64,000 nucleotides of DNA from Octopus vulgaris (lineage: Eukaryota), in contig OX597814.1 in NCBI GenBank assembly GCA_951406725.2, forward strand, positions 208,010,001-208,074,000, given 5' to 3'. The notes under the pieces are model-generated. The model worked only from the letters and a program-made list of their open reading frames with translations, was not told the DNA's origin and made no database searches. Below, piece after piece: positions 1 through 13,800 of this stretch; positions within the stretch are counted from its first letter, which is position 1, and each line of letters opens with the position of its first letter. Made by a program: the position numbers and the translations under genes.

Positions 1-229
1 GAAACTTGTTATCAACAAATAAATGCTATAGGCTCCAATTGCTATATGCAGAGGTTTATGATACTGCTAAGATGGACCTGATTACAGCTCTTCATGTTCT
101 GCAATCAAATAATGCTGAGGTCAGCTTTGACCTTCATCCCTCAAGGTTTGATAAAAATAAAGTACTAATAAAATACTGAGATTGATTTAATAGTCCTATA
201 AATCATCTGAGATATGAATGGGATTGTAT

Positions 230-960
230 TGGCAGAAGAAGATACACAAAACATTAAGTTTGGGAAAATTAATGTCAGAAGAAAATTATAATGGTCCTGA
301 AGAGAAAAGTTGAAAAGAAGCAGCTTGATGTTATTGTCAAACTGCGTGAGCCTACAGCATAGGTCAACTCAATGGTCACAGTACAAAAATGTGACAAGGT
401 AATTATTTGCATTGATCCACAAAGTTACAATGCATGAACATCACCCAGCTGTTGAGGAAGTTGCTACATAAATAGGCAATGCTACTAAGTTCCCTAAATG
501 GTTACTGGCATATAGCTGGACAAAGAAAACTGAAAACTGTATACAATAAATACTATATTTAAAAGATATTTCTTCCTGCATTTACCATTTAGTTTATGCA
601 GCACAGGAGATGTGATACAATGATCTGTGGAAAATATTCTTGAAAGAATTGAAGGTTGAAAGTCACCATTGATGGAATACGGAATAAGTATGGAATAAGT
701 TCTAACAAAGAACAGGCTAGGAAATTGAAACACGTCTTCAACCGTATTGTGCAGCAGAACTTAGAATAAACCCAGATAAAGCAGAAATCAGCAAAGATAA
801 AGTTAGTTGTATCACTCACATACTCACTTGCCATGGTGCTAAACTAAATCCAGAGAATGTGTGAGCAGTTGTTGAGGTGCTACAACCCATGAATAAGAAA
901 CATAAAAATCAATCACATCTTACACAAGGTAAAGTAGTTTGGATGCAGTATACTTAACAA
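230..960 (+). mobile_element. Decayed Ty3/Gypsy pol (RT) fragment
   Basis: Broken frames give *VNSMVTVQKCDKVIICIDP (about 360-420) and LRINPDKAEISKDKVSCITHILTCHGAKLNPENV (about 760-860), which resemble Gypsy RT motifs; contains stops and frameshifts. Confidence 0.65.
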
Positions 961-1026
961 CACAATGGAATGGTTAGGGCTGGAATGATTTGGATAATAA
1001 GTTTGCTTAATCAGGGACAGCCTTAA

Positions 1027-1334
1027 CCCCTTACCCGGCAGAAACGAATATATGCGTTTTGACCGAAATCGTGTTTTTCTATCTCTGGTGAGTTAACTCG
1101 TCAAAAGATAGACTGGCCAAAATCGACAGCAAACGAGTTCCTTCGTCTAAAAACGGGTTAACTCGTTTCTGCCCAAAGCGGTAATTTAAAATCAATATTA
1201 TTGAATTAAAATTCATAATAAATAAGGTTTGAAATATACCTCGAAATCACCATTCAAAACATAGTAAAATAAAACAATTAAAAAATATGTCTGAAAAAAT
1301 ACATTTATTTTCAAAATAATTGTTGGGTAAGGGG
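1027..1334. mobile_element. piggyBac-type MITE
   Basis: TTAA at 1023-1026 and 1335-1338; terminal inverted repeat CCCCTTACCC/GGGTAAGGGG. Confidence 0.8.
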
Positions 1335-1419
1335 TTAATGATGCCACTAATGCCACCATCACAAAGAACAGTGATAACAGCAACAACAGAAATACTTATA
1401 ATACTCTGGAAATACATAC

Positions 1420-1558
1420 CTGTTTTGACAAAAGCTCTTTACATAGTTGATATAATGTGATAAACTTTCTAGCAAGAAGCCGAGCATCAAGGAAACCCTC
1501 AGCTACCAACATGATTTCACAAATCAACTCAAAATCAGGCACAACCATAGCACAAGGT
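1420..1558 (-). CDS. Dynein HC exon 26: [22 protein letters not shown]...LCKELLSKQ
   Basis: tttcag acceptor, gtatgt donor, 139 nt, phase 2 to 0. Confidence 0.95.
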
Positions 1559-3733
1559 CTGAAATGATGGAGCGAAAGATAACTGAATAATATAAGTAAT
1601 GTAATGTGTGTGAATGTGTGTACATGTGGTGTGTGTGTGTATTTATGTATCCCATCATTATTGTTTTGATATGGATTGACAGAATTCAACAATGTCTTCT
1701 CAAGTAAGATATTCATCATCATTTAACATCTGTTTTCCATGCTGGCATGGGTTAGAGTATAGCAATGTAGTAAATCACCAGCTTTAAGCAAATAAACAAA
1801 CTGAAAGAGCAGACTTTAACTACAATTTCCTCAGGTCATTTCTTAAACAAAATCTAAGGATACAAAACAGTTCTTAGATCATATGACAAGGTCTCATATA
1901 TGTAATATATAAAAATGCACCCTTTTTAAAGCCTAGCCATGCTCACAGGCCTAGTTTCCCGGTTTCTATAGCATATGTGTTCCCTAGCTGGACGGAACGC
2001 CAGTCCATCACAGCGTTACAAATTTTTGCCTGCTGAGTGGACTGGAGCAACGTAAAATGAAGTGTTTTGCTCAAGAACACAACACGTTGCTCGGTCCAGG
2101 AATCGAAACCACAATCTTACGATCTACTAAGCTATGCGCCTCCACATATATGTAATATATAGTGAGATAAAAATAAACTTTGATTAACTGAGATTATCTG
2201 CAAAATTATGAGATAAACCTTCCTCCTAGGTGTCTTTAAAATCTAAAAATAGCTCCAATAATATCAGCTATTTGAAATTTTTGGAAAATTATGATGACAG
2301 ATAAAAATCATTAAAAGTCATTTAAACAATGAACATATTTTAGTGTCCACAGTGGAGAACATTTATCTTAATTGGCAACATGGAGAAGTAATTAGTAAGT
2401 ACAAAAAGAGAGAGAAAATAATGACATTGAATCAAAACAACATAGGAGCTGAAGGAAGATACTTCAGTGGAATGTTCTATAAAGCACGGCTGGCAGGCAC
2501 AGACATGGCTGTGTGGTTAAGAGATTTGCTTTCCAACCATGTGGTTTTTGGGTTCAGTGCTGCAATGTGGGCAAGTGTCTTCTACTATAGCCCAAGGACA
2601 AAGAAAGCAGTGAGTATTAATGACTTGTAGGGGTGGCGAGCTGGCAGAAACGTTAGCACGCCAGGCAAAATGCTTAGCAGTATTTTGTCTGCCATTACAT
2701 TCTGAGTTCAAATTCCACCGAGGTCAACTTTGCCTTTCATCCTTTCGGGGTCGATTAAATTAGTACCAGTTACGCACTGGGGTCGATGTAATCGACTTAA
2801 TCTGTTTGTCTGTCCTTGTTTGTCCCCTCTGTGTTTATCCCCTTGTGGGTAGTAAAGAAATAGGTATTTCATCTGTCTTATGTTCTGAGTTCAAATTCCA
2901 TCGACTTCGCCTTTCATCCTTTCAGGGTCGATAAATTAAGTATCAGTTGCATACTGGAATCCATCTAATCGACTGGCTCCCTCCCTCCAAAATTTCAGGT
3001 CTTCTGCCTTGAGTAGAAAAGAATATTTGAACTGCCTAAGGCAGTGAGTGGACAGAACCGTTAGATAAATACTAAAATTGATTTGTTCAACTAAACACGT
3101 CCAGGCAGTGCCCCAGCATGGCCGTTGTCCAATAAATGTAAGCAATGCAGACATAGACATAAATGACTTATTCCTAATCCTGAACTTAACTATTATGTTA
3201 CTCCCCTAAGCATAATGGTTAGTCCATCAAGATATTCTAAAAGTACGGGTTCCCTTATACCAGTTACCTATTTTTGAGTCTCTTTCATATATTCCCTTTG
3301 TATCTACATCCACACTTAGTTTAAAATATACATATATATATATATATCTTTATATATAAAAGTCAAGTTGTGTGTCTGTCTCCTACGATTTAGATTCCTA
3401 ACTACTCCCACATTTTGCAGTGCAGTTTAACCAAAACCAGGTATCTTATAGTCGTGATTCATATCGAGCCCTTCTGGGTCTACGATGAGTCTACAATTTG
3501 AAAAAAAAAATTACCATCATTTTTTTCCATTTTAATGCATTTTTTTCGCTATTATATAAGGGAAGTAACTCTCTAAAAATGTCTACGATGAGTCAACGAT
3601 TTTTTAAAAAATTTACCATCATTTTTTTTTCATTTTTAATGCATTTTTTTGCTATTTTTTGGCTATAACTCTCTAAAAATGCTTATATAGTTATTTCCCT
3701 TACAAACCCGAGCAACGCCGGGTGATACTGCTA

Positions 3734-3784
<51 letters not shown>

Positions 3785-6700
3785 TGACAATAAATAACAG
3801 ATACCTGAAAAGTGCTTTTAAGTTCTCTGGAAGTTCTGTTCGCCCAGCATAGCCAGGATTCATGGTAATAAAAATTCCAACGGTAGGAACAATTTTGATG
3901 TGTTCCCCCATGAAATTAAATTCCTTCTTTTTGTCTTTGATGGCATCTTGAATGCTTTTTACTTGGACAGCCACAACAGACAAAACCTCCACAGAGATAC
4001 GATTGAATTCATCAAAACATCCCCAAGCCCCAGATTGGGCAAGACCTTTGTAGATATTACCAACGGACTGGAAATCAAGAAAGATAGAGATTTGATTAGA
4101 CAAGAGAAATTAGATGCTAAACTTGATTTGTGTTAAGATGTGATGCTATGATTCTAATCTTGAATGGCAATATGTGATTCAGATCATTAATCATCATCAT
4201 TTACCATCTGTTTTCCATGCTGACATGGGTTCGATGGTTTGACAGGATCTGGTGAGCCACAGATCTGCATCATGCTCCATGTCAGCTTTGGCATGGCTTC
4301 TATGGATGGATGCCCTTCTCAATGCCAACCATTTTACAGTATGTGATGGATGCTTTTTTGGGGCCACCAGCACTGGTGGGATTACCAAATAACTTGCAAG
4401 GGAAGAAAGGTAAAAAAGATGGGGAAGCAAAAGGCTCTCTCAATGAAATGATGGTGGAGGATATTTGAGCAGGGAGAGGTAATTTTTACCTTTCCTCTTC
4501 TTACCTTTCCAATATATACATGAGTGTATGTATGTGTGTAGGAGTGTATACCATTAGTACAGCAGTTTTTATTATATATTATACTAGGTGGCCCTGTACC
4601 ATAAAAAATGACAGCTAATTGTATTTTATGTATAAATAAGGTACAAAATAAGGCACATAATAGTCACTGATACAAACATTCACATACTTCCCTTGTACAT
4701 GCACACACGTACACATATATACTCACACAGATTTGAAACACTTTGATTTTTCTTTTCAGCATTGAATGTTCATCATCCCACTTCCATTGCACACACACAC
4801 ACACACACACAAAACGACTCCCTTTTACATATACACACATATACTCATGCAGAGTTGAAATGCTGTTTGATTTTTTTTTTCACTATAGTATTTCCGTCAA
4901 CCCACTACCAAATTTGCCATCACCCCTACTTTCCTTATTAATCTATCACCCCTTTTTTTCTCATTCATATGTTGTGACAGAGAAAAACACAAAAGTATTA
5001 TTATAGTAGATATTCAGTAATGTCATAGTTTTATGGAACACATGGTGTATACACTTTCATTACAAGGAATACAAACCAATGTCAGTATTTGAACTGCATA
5101 AGAAAGTGGCAAGCTGGCAGAAACGTTAGAATGCCGGGCAAAATGCTTAGCAGTATTTCGTCTGTCTTATGTTCTGAGTTCAAATTCTGTTGACTTTGCC
5201 TTTCATCCTTTCAGGGTCGATAAATTAAGTATCATTGCATATTGGGGTTGATCTAATCGACTGGCACCCTCCCCAAACAATTTCAGGCCTTGTGCCTTGA
5301 GTACAAAAGAATATTTGAACTGCATTAGGCGGTGAGTGGACCGAACCGTTAGCACACTGGGCAAAATGCTGAGCGGAATTTTCTTTGTTTTTATGTTCTG
5401 AGTTCAAATTCCACCGAGGGCGACTTTGCGTTTCATCCTTTCGGAGTCAATAAAATAAGTACCAGTTGAACACTGGGTTTGATGTAATTGATTTGTCCTC
5501 TTCCACAAAATGTGAAGGCACATGGCTCAGTGGTTAGAGCATCAAGCTTACGATTGTGAGGTTGTGAGCTCGAATCCCGGACCGGGCTGCGTGTTGTGTT
5601 CCTGAGCAAGGCACTTTATTTCACGTTGCTCCAGTTCACTCAGCTGTAGAAATGAGTTGCGACGTCACGGGTGCCAAGCTGTATCGGCCTTTGCCTTTCC
5701 CTTGGATAACACTGGTGGCGTGGAGAGGGAGGGCTGGTATGCATGGGCGACTGCTGGTCTCCCATAAACAACCTTGCCCGGACTTGTGTCTAAGAGGGTA
5801 ACTTTCTAGGTGCAATCCCATGGTCACTCATGACCGAAGGGGGTCTTTACCCTTCCACAAAATTGGTGGCTTTGTGCTAAAATTTGAAATCAATATTTAA
5901 ACCGTATAGTCTGGACAACAATTTGCTTACCTTATAGTCCATCTGCTCTGAACAGTTGAATACGTAGACCATAATACCAAGAGCCCTTCCTAAATCTTTG
6001 GTGGTTTCTGTTTTACCGGTACCTGCAGGCCCAGCTGGAGCTCCACTCATAACAAGATGAAGAGACTGAGTGAGTGTAATATAACACCTAAAACAAAACA
6101 AAACAAAAACAAACAAAAATGAACAAACTGCTTTGATAACTTCACATACAAGAGGGTAACCCAAAAGTTCTCTGTGGGACAAGCCCGTAGTGGTTCAGGC
6201 TTCCGCTACTAGAAGTCACTTGATGCAACTGTCAGGCATCATGTCACACCAATGCACTATGGTGTATCACTCCATGGTATTACATCAGATCACACCAGTG
6301 CACTACAATGCAGCAATTGAGAACCACAGGTTTAAACTATTAAATGTCAGTGGTTAGAGGGGAAATTTTAAGCACAAAGCAAGTTCCAGAGAGAAGCTGT
6401 TCTGGAGAGAAAGGATCATAGTTTATGATTAGTTCAGGTTTGTAGAGGCCCAGATACAGAGGTGGTGAAAGGAGAAGGATAAACAACAGATGAAATAAGT
6501 GGGTATAGTTATAGATGACTTACAATGAGCATTGTTGTCATAAGCGGAAAGCGTAACCTCTCGAAAGAGCTGTTCTTCACTCCTGCTCCAGAGCATTGGC
6601 TGCGGGGTCACTCCGAAAAGCTCTATCTGCGGCGATTTCATCTCAATCGAAGAAGAGGGGCTTTCTCCGTCCGGGTTGCGGATCCGTGGAATAAGCTGCC

Positions 6701-7820
6701 GGACGAGATAGTGAAAATGCCGACAACCGCTCGGTTCAAAGTCTCTCTTGACCAGAAATGGCCTGAACTCTTTGCATGAACACCCTCCCTGTACATAACT
6801 CCATGTCCCCCTACATGGCCTTGTTTTTTGCTTTTTGAGCCAAAAAATTAACTTAACTTAACTTAACAGTGGAAGATAGAGAAAGAGGACACAGCTTGCC
6901 AATGGGCAAGTGACAGAAATATGATGGTGAGTAATAGTTTTCTTATCAATGGGGAGGCATCATAAGATAAACATAATATATTACATGTGATTTGTGAGCC
7001 AACAGGGGACACATCAGCAAATATGGTATGCAAGTAAACAACAAACCAAATAAATAACTAAAAGCAAAAAAAAAAAAGAAATATTGTAGCATGTTAATAT
7101 ACCTGTCTGTAAGAGGAGTTATGACCAGTCGTGGAGCATTACCCAGATACTCGTGGCTGTAGCGGAATTGGGCATCACAGATGTTAGCAAAGCAATCCTT
7201 GGCACCTTGCTCATCCCATCGATGTCTGAGCTGAGACAACCAAGAAAATGCTTGAGCATTATCTACTTTATTTGCAATCATTTTTGTTACAACATCTCGA
7301 GCGTGTACATCAATGGTACATATGGTCATTATTTTCTGGCGGTCACCTTTGTTCAGCTCACCCACAAGCATTGTAATTAAGGCATTCAGCTGCTGGATCT
7401 GTGTAAAGAAAAAAGTATTTTAATTACACACATACACACACACACATATTGTGAACATAAGTTGAGAAGTTAATTATGCGTAGCCGTATTTCGTCTGCCG
7501 TTACGTTCCGAGTTCAAATTCCGCCGAGGTCGACTTTGCCTTTCATCCTTTCGGGGTCGATAAATTAAGTGCCAGTTACGCACTGGGGTCGATGTAATTG
7601 ACTTAATCCCTTTGTCTGTCCTTGTTTGTCCCCTCTGTGTTTAGCCCCTTGTGGGTAGTAAAGAAATATATATGTATAAAAGCACACACTACACTCTCGG
7701 AGTGGTTGGCATTAGGAAGGGCATCCAGCTGTAGAAACTCTGCCAGATCAGATTGGAGTCTGGTTCGCCAGACCTCAGTCAAATCGTCCAACCCATGCTA
7801 GCATGGAAAGCGGACGTTAA

Positions 7821-7856
<36 letters not shown>

Positions 7857-10800
7857 GTTTATACATAAATATATATGAAAAGATTACTTTCAAAATCAGA
7901 TATGTGCATTGGAATGACTTTGGAGTAATTTTTTAAAACAACAACTTGAATATATCTGATATGGACTGGAAGACTAAGATTTGTTTACTGTCTATATGGC
8001 ATCTATCCCAGTTTGACTAAAAAGAATTTCACACATGTGAAGCCAGCAGTTTGCAGATTGTGTTTTAATGGTTATCATGAAATCGACTAAATATGCACTT
8101 ATACCAATTTTGAAAGTAAGTTCCTCATATGTATATTGTTTACTAGTGATCATAGTTTGAGAAATCAATAATACATACATATGTATTATGAGGTATTTGT
8201 ATTATGTGGCCTACGAGACAAAGGTGGTGTCCAGCAGTAACAGCAGTAGTGGCAGTTACAGCAAGTGAGAGTGCAGCCATGCATGTCTGGTCCAGTTAAA
8301 AGTACCCCTGATGCGTTGGGCAATATGATATGCTTGAGAAGACCTATTGAGTCAAGTAAAGCCAATATCGTAGCTGTGGCCAGTGCCCCTTGACTGGCTC
8401 CCATGCACATAAAAAGCACCATCCAAACATGGTCGATGCCAGATTTGCTTGACTGGCTCCCGTGCTCGTGGGACGTAAAAAGCACCATCCAAATGTGGCC
8501 AATGCCAGTACCCACTGACTGGCTCTTGTGCCAGTGGCATGTAAAAAGCACCATCCGAACATGGCTGATGCCAGTACCCGCTGACTGGCCCCCATGCTGG
8601 TGGCATGTAAAAAGCACTATCCGAACGTGGTCGATGCCAGGCCCACCTGACTGGCACCTGTGTCGGTGACACGTAAAAAGCACCCACTGCACTATCAGAG
8701 TGGTTGGTGTTAAGAAGGGCATCCAGGTGTAGCAACATTTCCAGATCAGATTGGAGCCTGGTGCAGCCACTGGCTCTCGAAACCTCAGTCAAACTGTCCA
8801 ACCTATGCCAGCATGGAAAACGGATGTTAAACGATGATGTTGATGATGACGATGATGATGATATATTGTTCATGACAAACTGCAGTAAAAAGCCATTATA
8901 GGTTTGAATATCTCCCAAACATATTTGAAGTGGTCTTAAGTTTGTTTATTCTCTATCACTGCTTTGCACATCAACTCAGAATTTAATAGAATTGTTTTTA
9001 ATTTATACAATATTAATATTCTTGTTACCTGTTTTAGATTTGTCTAAAATCTATATATTGACATCACTTTTTACATTTTTAATAAATTTGCATCAAAGTT
9101 TCTGGTGTTCAGAAGCGTGTCTGTAAAAACTACAATATGTCTGTCTGAGGTTATTGTAAGCATTCTTCTGATGACCAAAACTTTTGTTGCCAGACATGTC
9201 AGGGTTTGGTACTCAAACAGAATAAGTTATGTATCAGTCAACCTGCTGAAAATAGCAGCCAAAATTCTTTAAAATCACACCCTTCAATATAGATAACATT
9301 GAAAAATTTAAATCCTGATGGACCAGAAATCATTTCATTATAGATTTTGAGTATGATTCATCTGTACCTGCACAATATCACTGTTTATTTCAAGCTACTG
9401 AAAGAAGACCTGCACAGTGGTGCACAATCCACTCGATACAGCAACCTAATTTCTTTTAAATCACATCCTTTCATCTTAAATTAGAAAAGGATACATTGGA
9501 AAATGTAATTCTATATACAGTCCTAATATATATATATATGGATGCCTTTGTTAAGATGTGTATATAGTGTATGTTTGTATGTGTATGTATGTATGTATGT
9601 ATGTATGTATGTGTGTGTATATATATAAAATCATCATCATCATCATCATCATTTAGTATCTGCTTTCCATGCTAGCATGGGTTGGACGATTTGACTGAGG
9701 TCTGACAAGCCAGATGGCTGCACCAGACTCCAATCTGATCTGGCAGAGTTTCTACAGCTGGATGCCCTTCCTAATGCCAACCACTCCAAGAGTGTATTGG
9801 GTGCTTTTACGTGCCACCAGCACGAGGGCCAGTCAGGCGGTACTGGCAACAGTCACGCTCATATGGTGCTTTTTATGTATCACCTGCACAGGAGCCAGTC
9901 CAGCGGCACTGACAACAACCTTGCTCAAATTCAAATGTTTTTTCACATGCCACCAGCACCAGTGCCAGTAAGGCGACGCAGGTAACGATCATGCATGAAT
10001 GGTGCTTTTTACATGCCACTGGCACAGAGGCCATATATATATATATATGAAATTGGTTTTGCCTCTTCTTTCCTTTTGAAGTATACAAATAAATGAATGA
10101 GTACCAATACAACAAAAAGACTACTAATAAAATTTTAGCTAAACATTCTACATTATATTAGACACAGGCATAGCTGTGTGGTAAGAAGCTTGCTTCCCAT
10201 TCACAAGGTTCCAGGTTCAGTTCCACCTTGGCCTCAGACTGACCAAACCCTTGTAAATGGATTTGGTAGATGTAAAAGATGAAAAAATAGAAGATTATTC
10301 TCAATTTCAAAATTTCCTCACCTGCTTTTTATTATAATCTTTCATTGCATTTTCATAGCCTTCTTCTAGACGACCAAAAGCCATATTAACATCAGTCGTC
10401 CACCAAATCTGTGTTCCACACAAAGCAACTTGAGCACAATAATCAAATAGCCACAAGTCACGAGCCTTCTCTTCATATCCTACCACAGCTTCGGTCATCT
10501 GATATCGAATGGTGCTTCTCATAGTGTCTAAAACACTATTCAACCAGACTTCTACCTGTTAAATAAGAAGAAAGAAAAGTTCAATATTCAATCACATTTT
10601 GTTGTTTAACCCTTTAGTGTTCGCATTATTCTACCAAAATTAATGCTTTTTCATCCACATTGCCTTGAACTAATCTTGTAACTATGAGATTTTGATGAGG
10701 TAGCTGTTAATTTTTAAAACAGTATTGTAGGGTCAGTGTCAGAGACCAGATCTGGCCATTTTGAACATAAAACAGGCAGAATACTTTTGGCCGGATATGG

Positions 10801-13800
10801 CCGGTTTAAATGCTAAAGGGTTAAATTAGTTAAAAATCTCATATGAAGTGTTTTTTTTCAACGGGGAAAAAAAAAATCTGTTTCCATCCTACAAGATGTT
10901 GTTAAAAGTGCCGGTGACACGTAAAAAGCACCATCCAAATGTGGCAGATGCCAGTGCCGCCTGACTGGCGTCTGTGTCAGTGACACATAAAAGCACCAAC
11001 CGATCGTGGCCGTTTGCAAGCCTCCCCTGGCCCCTGCGCCAGTGGCACGTAAAAAGCACCCACTACACTCACGGAGTGGTTGGCATTAGGAAGAAACACT
11101 GCCAGATCAGACTGGAGCCTGGTGCAGCCTCCCGGCCCCCCAGACCCCAGTCGAACCGTCCAACCCATGCTAGCATGGAAAACGGACATTAAACGATGAT
11201 GAGGATGATGATGATGATGAATAGGATGCACTGCTAGGAATAATGCTAGTATTTTTTACTAATGGCTTTAACCTGAATAAAGTGGGTAAGGTAACTAGCA
11301 GAGTTGTTTGTTTATGATATCATGGGTAAGTGTTTTCTGTTATATGGCTCTGGGCCAACTAATGACTTGTGAGTGAATTTGGTAGATAACGACAATAGGA
11401 ATACGTGTGCATGTGCGTGCATGTATGTGTGTGTGTGTGTGTGTTTACTATCAAAGTACCTGAAGTTTAATGGAAAGTATACAAATCAAAACGAAGTGTA
11501 AAAAACAGAAACAGACAAACTGAGACTAATAGTTGAAAAGACTAACTATTTCGGCTATAATTCAACATCATCATCATCATCAATATCATTGCTTAAGATC
11601 TTGCTTTCTTTCCTTTTCTTTTTTTTTATATTCGTTTATGATTTAGTCTGAGACTAATGGAGAAAAAAAATTACATTTAGACCAGATCTCAGGTCTGAAT
11701 CTTGCTAGAGAGTGAACTTAAGTAAAGGCTCCTTAAGGCCTGGAGGTGGATTAAGTTTACAGCCAAAATCAGGAAGGGTCCTTCAGAAGAGCTTACTCAT
11801 AGGTTCTGTCAACCAAATTTCAACAAGACTTTGGTTGATCTGAGGATATGTAAAAGTTGCCATTTGCATAGCATGGCTTTTGACCACCCTATGCTGTAGC
11901 CAAACTGGCTGTTTTCTTCCTTAAATATGACATACCTTCAGCATGTATTATTTGCCCTACTCCCCTCCCCCAGTGGCTGCCTTGTGTATTCATCACACTA
12001 ATCAACTGGGAGACACTTGAACAAAGTGCTGTGCAGTGGGATTCAACTGAAAACCCATTAATCATATGGATAAAACCCCTTTATTCATATGAGTTTTCTA
12101 TTTTTGGCTATTCCACTTGATTCAATGTCATCTCATATCATCATTATTCAACGTCCGTTTTCCATGCTAGCATGGGTTGGATGGTTCGACCGGGGTCTGG
12201 TAAGCCATGGAGGCTGCACCAGGCTCTAGTCTGATTTGGCAGTGTTTCTACAGCTGGATGCCCTTCCTAATGCCAACCACTCCGTGAGTGTAGTGAGTGT
12301 TTTTTACGTACCACCAGCACAGGGGCCAGAGCAGGCTGGCAAACGGCCACGATCGGTTGGTGCTTTTATGTGTCACCGACACAGATGCCAGTCAGGTGGC
12401 GCTGGCATCTGCTACGTTCAGACGGTGCTTTTTACGTGTCACCAGCATGGGTGTCTTAACTACAATTTCCATTTGAATTTTTATTTTGATGTTGACGTAC
12501 TTGACTCAATAGGTCTCTTCACATGTGTCATCCAATATTCTGAGGTCTGACCTCCACGTAAAAAGCACCATCCGATTGTGGCTGTTTGCCAGCCTTGACT
12601 GGCCTCCATGCCGGTGGCACGTAAAAAGCACCATCCGACCGTGACCGTTTGCCAGACTTGTCTGGCACCTGTGCAGGTGGCACGTAAAAAGCACCCACTA
12701 CACTCATGGAGTGGTTGATGTTAGGAAGGGCATCCAGCTGTAGAAACATTGCCAGATCAGACTGGGCCTGGTGCAGCCTTCTGGCTTCCCAGACCCCAGT
12801 TGCACCGTCCAACCCATGCCAGCATGGAAAGCGGACGCCTAAACGATGATGATGATCTTTGATTTTCGTCTGCCATAAATACCTTCCATTGTCAGTCCAT
12901 ATTTTTTTGACCAAGTAGATGTTAACTATACCCGTTTAGCTGGATTTCTTATAAATATTGTATGAATACTTTAAATACTCAGCTACTTTTTACAGTTCAT
13001 TTGTAATTGGAATTTCATACTAGAATATAATAGGCAAGTTCAAAAAAGGATGCAGGGTACTTCTTGAGCCATAAGTTCATGAGGTCAGTTTCCCAGAATC
13101 TGTGATGTATGTACTTCCCATTGCATAATAATGATACAAGAGGGGTAGGGTACAAAATTACTCATTTTTGCCAGCTGTGTGACCTGAGCAATGTGAAATG
13201 AAGTGTTTTGCTCAAGAATACAACACATCACCAGGTCCAAGAATTGAAACCACAATCTTACAATCATAAGTGCAATACCCTAACCACTAAGCCATACACT
13301 TTAACAATAGATAAGTTAGTTACTGACAATTAAACCTTTGTCCAGTCCTTTAAACTTTATACTGAGGCAGCACAGTGAACCTCCAAATTGAATAAAAATA
13401 CATAAATATTAAATCTAAAAAAAGAAAAGAATCACACACATAACTGGTCTAATACTCCTACATTACCTGTCCAGAGCAGTCGCATTTATGGTCAAGAGCC
13501 ACATATTCTCCATCTTTGCTGTACATTCCTGTAGCTATTTTAGTGTCATTTCCATCAGAATCTTTCTCAAATTCGAGTTTGGCCAAACTATCAAACAGTT
13601 TGGTAAGATGAGTACAAACCTATATAGATTACAGAGAAATATGTCAGGTAACAATTGTAGCATGGAAGGTGTTTGTAAGCCATTTAAGAAACACACAAAA
13701 ATGTTTTTAAAATAATGTTTCAGAGATGGTATATTATAAAGCATGTTTAAATGTATAATTTAATTTCGATATAGTCACAATGCCATACATTCAGAGGGAA

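Noticed and set aside
8186-8918. ORFs with [12 protein letters not shown] / MVLFTCHRH motifs, recurring many times
   Set aside because: They are antisense translations of the family-4 repeat. Frames are not conserved between copies.
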